Shown here in pieces: positions 33,894-41,205 of a DNA stretch of 41,205 bases. The notes beneath the pieces are model-generated. The model ran no database searches. It was not told where the DNA came from and saw nothing but the letters and a program-made list of their open reading frames with translations. This DNA is from Burkholderiales bacterium. GTDB taxonomy: Bacteria > Pseudomonadota > Gammaproteobacteria > Burkholderiales > Burkholderiaceae_C. Location of the stretch: contig JAYUPO010000150.1 in the NCBI GenBank assembly GCA_043760085.1, positions 1 to 41,205 of the forward strand. Reading direction: 5' to 3'. Both the position numbers and the translations under genes were made by a program. The first letter of the stretch is position 1; each line of letters starts with the position of its first letter.

Positions 33894-34789
33894 CTCAAGG
33901 CCTTCAATAACATCAGACTGAGTGGCAAGGCGACCATGGCGATGAGCGTTGAGGCCGTGACCAGCGCCGCCACATACGGCCCGTGCCCGCCCATGCGCAC
34001 CGCCAGCACGTAGGCGCTCGATGCCGTGGGCATGGCGCCATAGGCCACCAGCAGGGCCTGCTGCGCGGCCGGCAACTGCCAGGCCAGGGCGATGCCGATG
34101 GCCAGCGCCGGCAACGCAAGATGGCGAATGAACAACAGCGCCGCGGCCAGCCCAGGCCCTTCGCGCAGCGCGCCCAGGCGCAAGCCCGCGCCCACCGCCA
34201 TCAGCCCCAGCGGCAGCGCCGCCGCGCCGATGCGCGCCAGCGTGGTGTTGGCCAATTCGGGCAACTGCACGCCCAACAGGTTGCAGGCCAGCCCGGCCAG
34301 GGTGCTGACGATCAGCGGGTTGCGCGCCAGCTCACCCAAGTAGGCCTGGCCGCCGCGCCGCGCCAGCGGCCACACCGCCGCAATATTGGCCAGCGGCACG
34401 CACAGCGACACCAGCAGCGCGGCCCAGGCCACGCCCTGGCTGCCCGCCAGGCGCTCGGCCAGGGCCAGGAGCACATACGAATTGAAGCGAAAGGCGGTCT
34501 GCGCGCCCGAGGCATGCAAATGCGCATCGAAACGCCCGAAGCGCAAGGCAAAGGCCAGGGCGATGCCGGCCAGCGTGAGGCCCACCACGCTGGCACCAAA
34601 GCGCCACACCGCGGCCAGCTCAAACGGGTTGCGCAGGATCGAGCTGAACAGCAACACCGGGAACAGCAGGTGGTAGACCAGGCGCTCCACGCCGTCCCAA
34701 ACCGGGCGGTTCAGCGGCGTGTGGCGGCAGATCAGGTAGCCCAAGGCGATGAGCAGCAGGTCGGGCAGCAGTAACAGCGCGTCGGGCAT
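33890..34789 (-). CDS. AEC (auxin efflux carrier) family transporter
   Basis: Multi-TM; ERLVYHLLFPVLLF, FRFNSY, NPLI, PLGLMAVGAGL, PTASSAYVLAVRMGG. Confidence 0.9.
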   Translation of the reverse strand: MPDALLLLPDLLLIALGYLICRHTPLNRPVWDGVERLVYHLLFPVLLFSSILRNPFELAAVWRFGASVVGLTLAGIALAFALRFGRFDAHLHASGAQTAFRFNSYVLLALAERLAGSQGVAWAALLVSLCVPLANIAAVWPLARRGGQAYLGELARNPLIVSTLAGLACNLLGVQLPELANTTLARIGAAALPLGLMAVGAGLRLGALREGPGLAAALLFIRHLALPALAIGIALAWQLPAAQQALLVAYGAMPTASSAYVLAVRMGGHGPYVAALVTASTLIAMVALPLSLMLLKALR

Positions 34790-34906
34790 GGCGGGGGAGT
34801 GTAGGCAACGCCTTTTGGTGGTGGCGTGGCTGTCAGCCAAAGTCAGCCAAAGCAGCGCAGACCGCGTTCAGGCACCATCGCGCCTTCGCAAGACCACCCC
34901 CAACCC

Positions 34907-35518
34907 ATGCTTGAAGCACTTCGCCTGCCGCGCTGGCTGGCCGCCCTCTTGGTTTGCCTGGCCGCGGTGCTGACGGCACCGGCGGTGTTGGCGCAGCGCC
35001 TGATGGTCGATGGCCAGCCGTTCGACACCGCCGCGCGCATCGGCAATGTTGAATTGAAGCTCAACGGTGCCGGCTTGCGCCAGGTGGCCTGGTTCAAGGC
35101 CTATGCCGCGGGCCTGTATTTGCCTGACAAGACCCGCGTTGCGGCCCAGGCACTGAACGGCGCAGGCCCCAAGCGCCTGCAAATGCGCATGATGCAAGAC
35201 GTGCCCACGGCCGAGTTCATCAAGGCCTTCGACAAAGGCATCGGCCGCAATTCAACCGCCGCGGAATTGGCCGCGCTGAAGGAGCGCATGGCGCGCTTTG
35301 ATCAGATCCTCACCCAGATCGGCCAGGTGAAGAAAGGCGATGTGGTCAACCTCGACTTCGTTCCCGGCCAGGGCTTGGTGCTCACGCTCAACGGCAAACC
35401 GCGCGGCGAGGCGATCGCGGGCGAAGACCTGTACGCCGCGTTCCTGCGCATCTTCATCGGCGACAAGCCCACTGATGAGCGGCTCAAGGCCTCGCTGCTC
35501 GGCGCGGCCTGGGGCTGA
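34907..35518 (+). CDS. Chalcone-isomerase-like exported protein
   Basis: Signal peptide; LKLNGAGLR...[18 protein letters not shown]...LKASLLG. Confidence 0.88.
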   Translation: MLEALRLPRWLAALLVCLAAVLTAPAVLAQRLMVDGQPFDTAARIGNVELKLNGAGLRQVAWFKAYAAGLYLPDKTRVAAQALNGAGPKRLQMRMMQDVPTAEFIKAFDKGIGRNSTAAELAALKERMARFDQILTQIGQVKKGDVVNLDFVPGQGLVLTLNGKPRGEAIAGEDLYAAFLRIFIGDKPTDERLKASLLGAAWG

Positions 35519-35577
35519 TGCAAGTATTCGAATCACCCCCCACCGCCCAATCACCACCCACCCACTCACTCCAGACC

Positions 35578-36549
35578 ATGACCTCTATCCTGTTCAAGAC
35601 ACTGTTAGGCACGCTTTGCCTCGCCGCAGCCGGCACGGCCCTGGCCCAGCCCTACCCCGACAAGCCCGTGCGCCTGGTGGTGCCCTTTGCGCCCGGTGGC
35701 ACCACCGACATCGTGGCCCGCGTGGTGTCTGAAAAGATCGCCGCGCACCTGGGCCAGAACTTCATCGTGGAAAACAAGGCCGGCGGCGGCGGTTCGCTGG
35801 GGGCGAATGAAACCGCCAAGGCCACGCCCGACGGCTATGCCCTGGGCATGGCCACGGTTTCCACCACCGCGGCCAACCCGGCCATCAACCCGAAGATCCC
35901 GTACAACCCGCTGACTGACTTCACCCCCATCATCAACGTGGCGGCCACGCCGAACGTGATTGCGGTGCACCCCAGCTTTCCGGCGCGCGACTACAAAGGC
36001 TTCATCGCCGAGCTGAAAAAGTACCCGGGCAAATACAGCTATGCCAGCTCGGGCACCGGCGGCATCGGCCACCTGCAAACCGAGCTGTTCAAGGGCCAGG
36101 CCGGCGTCTTCATGGCGCACATTCCGTACCGCGGCGCGGGCCCGGCGCTGAACGACACCGTGGCCGGGCAGGTGACCATCATCTTCGACAACATGCCCTC
36201 GGCGCTGCCCTTCATCAAAGACGGGCGCTTGATCCCCATCGTGGTGGCCGCGCCGCAGCGGCTGACGCAACTGCCCAACGTGCCCACGTTCAAGGAAGTG
36301 GGCCTGCCCGACGTGAACCGCATGGCCTACTACGGCATCTATGGCCCCAAGGGCTTGCCGCAAGACGTGGTGGACAAGGTTCATGCCGCGGTGAAAAAGA
36401 CGGTGGAAATGCCCGACGTGCGCAAGCGCATCGAAGACACCGGCTCGCTGGTGGTGGCCAACACGCCGGCCGAATTTGCCAAGCAGATCGAAGCCGAGTT
36501 CGCGGTCTACAAGGCCGTGGTGGCCAAACAAAAGCTCGTGCTCGATTGA
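35578..36549 (+). CDS. Bug/TctC tripartite tricarboxylate transporter substrate-binding protein
   Basis: [47 protein letters not shown]. Confidence 0.95.
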   Translation: MTSILFKTLLGTLCLAAAGTALAQPYPDKPVRLVVPFAPGGTTDIVARVVSEKIAAHLGQNFIVENKAGGGGSLGANETAKATPDGYALGMATVSTTAANPAINPKIPYNPLTDFTPIINVAATPNVIAVHPSFPARDYKGFIAELKKYPGKYSYASSGTGGIGHLQTELFKGQAGVFMAHIPYRGAGPALNDTVAGQVTIIFDNMPSALPFIKDGRLIPIVVAAPQRLTQLPNVPTFKEVGLPDVNRMAYYGIYGPKGLPQDVVDKVHAAVKKTVEMPDVRKRIEDTGSLVVANTPAEFAKQIEAEFAVYKAVVAKQKLVLD

Positions 36550-36551
36550 AG

Positions 36552-37475
36552 GTGAGCGGGCTGCAGGCTGCACCCAACGCGGCGCCGCGCAGCCAGGAAA
36601 GCATCGACCGCTTCATCGACGCCCTGTGGCTGGAAGACGGCCTGGGCACCTTAAGCCTGGCGGCCTACCGGCGCGATTTGCAGCTCTACGCCGCCTGGCT
36701 CGAAGCCGGTGGCAGCAAGGCCCTGAACGACAGCCAGGCCAGCGACCTGCTGGCCTACATGGTGGCCAAGCATGCGGCTTCGCGGGCCAGCACGGCCAAC
36801 CGGCGTTTGAGTGTTTTCAAACGTTATTGCCGCTGGGCGCTGCGCGAACGGCTGATGACGCAAGACCCGACGCTGAAGCTGCTGTCGGCACGCCAGCCGC
36901 TGCGCGTGCCGCACAGCTTGAGCGAGGCGCAGGTGGAAGCCCTGCTCGCCGCGCCCGACGTGGCCACGCCGCTGGGCCTGCGCGAGCGCTGCATGCTTGA
37001 ATTGATGTACGCCAGCGGCCTGCGCGTGAGCGAACTGGTGGGGCTGAAGACGGTGTATGTGAGCCTGGTGGACGGCGCCTTGCGCGTTACCGGCAAGGGC
37101 AGCAAGGAACGCGTGGTGCCTTTTGGCGGCGAGGCGCAGGCCTGGATCGAACGCTACCTGGCCAGCGCACGCGCAGCCATCTTGAAGGGCCAGCACAGCG
37201 ATGCGCTGTTCGTTACCGCGCGCGGCGGGCCCATGACACGGCAGATGTTCTGGAACATCGTCAAACGCCACGCGCTGGCCGCAGGCATCACCGCGCCGCT
37301 ATCACCGCACACGCTGCGCCATGCCTTTGCCACCCACTTGCTCAACCACGGCGCTGACCTGCGCGCAGTGCAGATGCTGCTGGGCCATGCCGACATTTCC
37401 ACCACCACGATCTACACCCATGTGGCGCGCGAAAGGCTGCGCCAGTTGCATGCGCAGCACCACCCGCGCGGGTGA
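36552..37475 (+). CDS. xerD: Site-specific tyrosine recombinase XerD
   Basis: LWLEDGL..., YASGLRVSEL, GKGSKER, SPHTLRHAFATHLLNHGADLR, TTIYTHV. Confidence 0.95.
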   Translation: MSGLQAAPNAAPRSQESIDRFIDALWLEDGLGTLSLAAYRRDLQLYAAWLEAGGSKALNDSQASDLLAYMVAKHAASRASTANRRLSVFKRYCRWALRERLMTQDPTLKLLSARQPLRVPHSLSEAQVEALLAAPDVATPLGLRERCMLELMYASGLRVSELVGLKTVYVSLVDGALRVTGKGSKERVVPFGGEAQAWIERYLASARAAILKGQHSDALFVTARGGPMTRQMFWNIVKRHALAAGITAPLSPHTLRHAFATHLLNHGADLRAVQMLLGHADISTTTIYTHVARERLRQLHAQHHPRG

Positions 37476-37646
37476 AAAGCCGCTGCGTCAATGGGTGGTG
37501 ATCTCGCCCAGGCCGGGGCCAGGAAAGCATCGTGTTGGGTCATGGGCAGACGGCGGCACGCTGGCTGGCGTGGCTCATCTAACATCCGCGTCCCGCAGCC
37601 GGGTTTGAGCACGGCTGCACAACGCCATTCAAACGGAGTGTCAACC

Positions 37647-38075
37647 ATGGCTATTGAAAAAATTCTCTACACCGCCCACGCCACCGCCACCGGCGGGCGC
37701 ACGGGCACGGCGCAGTCGTCAGACGGTGCCTTGAAAGTGAACCTGAGCACGCCGCATGAACTGGGCGGCGGCGGCGGTGAAGGCACCAACCCGGAACAAA
37801 TGTTTGCTGCGGGTTATGCGGCGTGTTTCATCGGCGCGCTCAAGGCCGTGGGCGGCAAGATGAAGCTCGCCGTGCCGGCCGATGTGAGCATTCAATCGAC
37901 CGTGGGCATCGGCCCGGTGCCCACCGGCTTTAACTTGCAGGTGGCGATGGCGATCTCGCTGCCGGGCATGGAACGCAGCGCCGCCGAAGCGCTGGTGGCC
38001 GCAGCGCACCAGGTCTGCCCCTATTCCAACGCCACCCGCGGCAACATCGACGTGACCTTGAGCGTCGTGGCGTGA
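37647..38075 (+). CDS. ohr: Organic hydroperoxide resistance protein
   Basis: [38 protein letters not shown]; GGAG RBS. Confidence 0.96.
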   Translation: MAIEKILYTAHATATGGRTGTAQSSDGALKVNLSTPHELGGGGGEGTNPEQMFAAGYAACFIGALKAVGGKMKLAVPADVSIQSTVGIGPVPTGFNLQVAMAISLPGMERSAAEALVAAAHQVCPYSNATRGNIDVTLSVVA

Positions 38076-38079
38076 CGTG

Positions 38080-38135
38080 CGGGCGCAGGCTGTCCGGCTG
38101 GCACACGGCGCCGGCAGCCGCTGCGCCCGGGTTTT
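38080..38135. terminator. GC-rich hairpin between the convergent ohr and GNAT genes
   Basis: CGGGCGCAG...CTGCGCCCG outer stem with inner CCGGC/GCCGG pairing, followed by GGTTTT. Confidence 0.45.
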
Positions 38136-38136
38136 C

Positions 38137-38721
38137 TCAAACGTTATGCATCGGCGCAAGACGCGCGTACACGCAGGTGTTTCGAAGGCTGCCATCGGGT
38201 GCGCGGCGTTCGTGACGAAGTACGCCTTCGAGCACGAACCCGCAGCGCAAGGCGAGCCGGCGCGATGCGGTGTTTTCAGCGTCGGTGATGAGTTCAAGCC
38301 GGGCGGCATGAAGGGCGCCGAAGGCCAGTTCGGTGAGCGCAGCCACGGCTTCGCTGACGAAGCCCTTGCCTGAGCACGAGCTGCGTACCCAGTAGCCGAC
38401 TTCGAGCTTGGGCGTGGCCCATGCCGGGCGGTGCAACCCGCTGCAACCCACCAACTGGCCGCTGGCCTTCTCGAACAGCAAGAACGGCATATCCCTGCGG
38501 GCCACGAAGTTGGCCTGCGCCGTGCGGCAATAGATTTCGGAGCGTTCAATACTTTGCTCGGCCGCCACCCAGGGCAGCGAGGCCAGAAACCGGCGCAGTT
38601 CGGGCATCGACTCCGCCACCGCGGCGTGCAGCGCCGGCCCGTCGCCCGCCTGCGGCACGCGCAGCAGCAGCCGCTCGCTGTGCAGGGCGCTGGGCAGATC
38701 GAGCAAGAGCGGGTCGGTCAT
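38137..38721 (-). CDS. RimJ/RimL-type GNAT N-acetyltransferase
   Basis: SERLLLR, EVGYW...GKGFVSEA, NTASRRLALRCGFVLEGVLR; alternative ATG at 38733. Confidence 0.92.
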   Translation of the reverse strand: MTDPLLLDLPSALHSERLLLRVPQAGDGPALHAAVAESMPELRRFLASLPWVAAEQSIERSEIYCRTAQANFVARRDMPFLLFEKASGQLVGCSGLHRPAWATPKLEVGYWVRSSCSGKGFVSEAVAALTELAFGALHAARLELITDAENTASRRLALRCGFVLEGVLRHERRAPDGSLRNTCVYARLAPMHNV

Positions 38722-38757
38722 GATCGGTACCATCTAACGTTTGATGAGACTTTAACG

Positions 38758-40257
38758 TCAAGGCTGCCGTGCCCGGTTCGCCGGCAGCTTGCGCCACGGC
38801 AGTTCAGCCGGGTCGGCCGCCATCGGCCCCGGCGCCTTGGCCACCAGGATGTGCGCGGCAATCGGCGTGAAGGCGGCGCGAAAGTGCACCGAACTCTTGT
38901 TTACCAGCACCTTCATGGCTTCGGGCGCCACGCCGAGAAAGCGGAACAAGTCCAGGTCGAGCATCTGGCACTGGCCGCTGACCACGTTGATCAGGATGCC
39001 GTCGATCTCCAGCCCGGCGCTGGCGCCCAGGTGCAGCGTGGCGCCGGCCGTCATCGGGCCGTGCAAGGGCACGACGCCGTCGCTCAGGGTGCGCACAGTG
39101 AACAGGCCGTGAACCGGTGGCTCGGTGGGTTGGCCGTCAAACCCGGTAACGGACTTGCCTAATGCCAGCTCAATGCTTGCGCCCACGCCGGCTGCATGGG
39201 CGGCTTTCGCCGCGGCGGGGTCGAACATCAGGCCCAGCGCCACTTGCTGCGGGAAGCGTTGGCCGGCACCCGCGGCCAGCAGGGCATGGAGCAGGCCGGT
39301 GGTGTTGGAATCCGCCCCGGCACCGGGGTTGTCTTGCGTGTCGGCAATGACAACGGGTTTGTCGGCTGCAACGGCAAGTTCGAGCGCCGCCTCGACCGCT
39401 TGCGCCGGTGTGTACAAAGTCATCTTCCAGTTAACGCGCCCGGCTTCGAGTTCAGCGCCCAGCCGCGCCACCACGTTGTTCACCTGTTCGGCGTCAACGC
39501 CATGGCCGTGCAGCACCGGGCCGCATTCATCAAAGTCGGCCGCCGGAAAGCCCATCGCAAAGCTCAGGTGCACGCCGCTGGCGGCGTCGAGTTCGGCCAG
39601 GCGGCGGTACACGCCGGCGGCCGGCTCCATCATCGTGCACTGGGTGTTCAGCGGCAGCAGGAAGGGCGCACGCCAGGCCGCGCTGTGCCACGGCGTGGCG
39701 GCACCATGGCATTCGGCCAGGATCGCCGCGGCACGTTCGCCGGTGGCCGGGGCGTCGACATGCGGGTAGGTGCGGTAGGCCGTCATCGCCGAGCAGTGGG
39801 CCAGCATGCGCGCGGTGACGTTGGCGTGCAGGTCCAGGCTGGCCACCAGCGTCATGGCCGGGCCGATCGCGCCACGCAGGCGTTGCAGCAACTCGCCTTC
39901 GGCATCATCAACATGCTCGGCCACGGCGGCGCCGTGCAGGTCGAGGTAGACGGCGTCGAAGCCGCCCCGCGCCGCATCGGCCACGATGGTCTGGGCAATA
40001 CGCTCGAAGGCGTCTTGCGTGATGTGCGCCGACGGGCTGGCCCCGGCCCACAGCGATGGCAGCAGTTGCCAGCCGCGCTGGCGCGCGCTGCGAATGAACC
40101 CGCCCATGGGCAGGCTGGTGCCGGCCAGGGCCTCAAGCATGGCCGGGCCATGCACGGCGGCCGGGAAGGCCGAGCCGCTGGTGAACGCCGACCAGGCGGC
40201 CTTGCTTGGGGCAAAGGTGTTGGTCTCGTGCTGGAAGCCGGCAACGAAAATGCGCAT
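38758..40257 (-). CDS. M81-family metallopeptidase (MlrC-like)
   Basis: AGFQHETNTF, YLDLHGA, SLDLHANV, YRTYPHVD, DTQDNPGAG, KSSVHFRA. Confidence 0.93.
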   Translation of the reverse strand: MRIFVAGFQHETNTFAPSKAAWSAFTSGSAFPAAVHGPAMLEALAGTSLPMGGFIRSARQRGWQLLPSLWAGASPSAHITQDAFERIAQTIVADAARGGFDAVYLDLHGAAVAEHVDDAEGELLQRLRGAIGPAMTLVASLDLHANVTARMLAHCSAMTAYRTYPHVDAPATGERAAAILAECHGAATPWHSAAWRAPFLLPLNTQCTMMEPAAGVYRRLAELDAASGVHLSFAMGFPAADFDECGPVLHGHGVDAEQVNNVVARLGAELEAGRVNWKMTLYTPAQAVEAALELAVAADKPVVIADTQDNPGAGADSNTTGLLHALLAAGAGQRFPQQVALGLMFDPAAAKAAHAAGVGASIELALGKSVTGFDGQPTEPPVHGLFTVRTLSDGVVPLHGPMTAGATLHLGASAGLEIDGILINVVSGQCQMLDLDLFRFLGVAPEAMKVLVNKSSVHFRAAFTPIAAHILVAKAPGPMAADPAELPWRKLPANRARQP

Positions 40258-40268
40258 GGAGTTTCCTG

Positions 40269-41153
40269 TTATGGACGGTCGCGCAGTGCGCGAAGTTGGC
40301 CGACCTGTGCCAACGTGGCGGCATGACCGGCTTCGATGGCAAAGCGCCGGTAGGCTTGCGAGCCCCCGGCGTAGTAGCCCAGGTCAACATGGATCAGCAC
40401 GTCGGCCTGCGGCGTTTGCGCGTCGGTGCGCTGGCGCGTCAGGCGGTCGCCCTCACGCCACTCATCAGGCACGCTGGCGGGTGTGGCTTCAATCCTGGCC
40501 GAGACATCCACTGCGATGATGCGCTGCGCACCCAGCGCGCGTGCCGCCCACACTGGCACCGGGCTGGACTGGTCGGCGTCGATGTAGCGCTGCGGCCCCA
40601 CGGGCACCGGCGCCATCAGGTCGGGCTTGGCGCTCGACGCCCGCACCGCCCAACCCAGGCTGCCGCGGGTGAAGGCCACGGTTTCGTGTGTGGCGGCATC
40701 GGTGGCCACGGCGGCGAACGGGCGCTTCAAGTCTTCAATGTTGCGCACGCCGGTGCGCGCTTGCAGCCACAGCGCCAGGCGCTCGCCGCGCAGGCGCAGG
40801 CTGCCGTCGCGCGCCAGGTCGGCCATTTGCCACCAGGGCAGCTCATAGGCCAGCGTTTCAAGGTCAGCGGCGGCATGCCCGGCGACCCAGAGCGCGCCGA
40901 TCAAGGCCCCGGCCGAGCCGCCCACCACCGCGTCGGGCACGATGCCCAGTTCTTCCAGTGCTTTGAGCACGCCCACATGGGCAAAGCCGCGCGGCCCGCC
41001 TGCACCCAACACCAGCACCAGCCGCGGCTGAGTGGGCCACGGTGCGGCCTGTGGCGGTGCGCCCGCGCTGCGCCACGGCGCGACGAGCAGCCACAGCGCC
41101 AGCCCCACGGCGGCCAGCAACAACACGGCCAGCCCCCAGCCCAGCCAACGCAT
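40269..41153 (-). CDS. Patatin-like phospholipase with N-terminal signal/anchor
   Basis: LGAGGPRGFAHVG, GGSAG nucleophile, YIDAD at the DGG position. Confidence 0.9.
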   Translation of the reverse strand: MRWLGWGLAVLLLAAVGLALWLLVAPWRSAGAPPQAAPWPTQPRLVLVLGAGGPRGFAHVGVLKALEELGIVPDAVVGGSAGALIGALWVAGHAAADLETLAYELPWWQMADLARDGSLRLRGERLALWLQARTGVRNIEDLKRPFAAVATDAATHETVAFTRGSLGWAVRASSAKPDLMAPVPVGPQRYIDADQSSPVPVWAARALGAQRIIAVDVSARIEATPASVPDEWREGDRLTRQRTDAQTPQADVLIHVDLGYYAGGSQAYRRFAIEAGHAATLAQVGQLRALRDRP

Positions 41154-41205
41154 CACGAAGGCACCGCCAACCCGGTGCCCGCTTGCTGCAATTGCGCCAG
41201 TTCCG
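41153..41205 (-). CDS. 3' end of an upstream gene (partial, unidentified)
   Basis: ...ELAQLQQAGTGLAVPS* with a TGATG overlap into the patatin gene. Confidence 0.5.
   Translation of the reverse strand, partial: ELAQLQQAGTGLAVPS

Noticed and set aside
36552-37475. Tyrosine recombinase as the integrase or invertase for the array or the 16-bp repeat
   Set aside because: Sequence and context fit housekeeping XerD, and neither repeat resembles a dif site.
38758-40257. Microcystin degradation cluster
   Set aside because: Only an MlrC-like M81 peptidase is present; the family is widespread and no mlrA/B/D-like genes are adjacent.

Overview
GC-rich betaproteobacterial (Burkholderiales-like, inferred from gene content) chromosomal window with no rRNA, tRNA, CRISPR array or transposase. 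From left to right: (1) a partly decayed stress island around a non-canonical rpoN paralog, where several genes, including rpoN itself, carry -24/-12 sigma-54 motifs; (2) a dedA / FAD-monooxygenase / extradiol-dioxygenase-like / amidohydrolase operon interrupted by a ~2.4-kb tandem array of ABC_sub_bind-type substrate-binding cassettes, flanked by a diverged ~90-bp duplication of the gene junction it interrupts; (3) vapBC, a cytochrome P450, pbpC, a thioester alpha-2-macroglobulin and an HSL-family esterase; (4) a truncated STAND-like ATPase and a small lipoprotein; (5) core amiC-tsaE/queG, with a 60-bp in-frame hairpin element at the tsaE/amiC junction; (6) an accessory block with a trypsin-like protease, a stand-alone copy of its pro-domain enclosed by a perfect 16-bp inverted repeat, and a membrane-anchored TIR protein; (7) BtuF-like, AEC transporter, chalcone-isomerase-like, Bug, xerD, ohr, GNAT, M81 peptidase and patatin genes. 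The best candidates for undescribed systems are the SBP cassette array, the protease/pro-domain/TIR block and the self-driven sigma-54 stress island. All family calls are from motif recognition by eye, not database searches.
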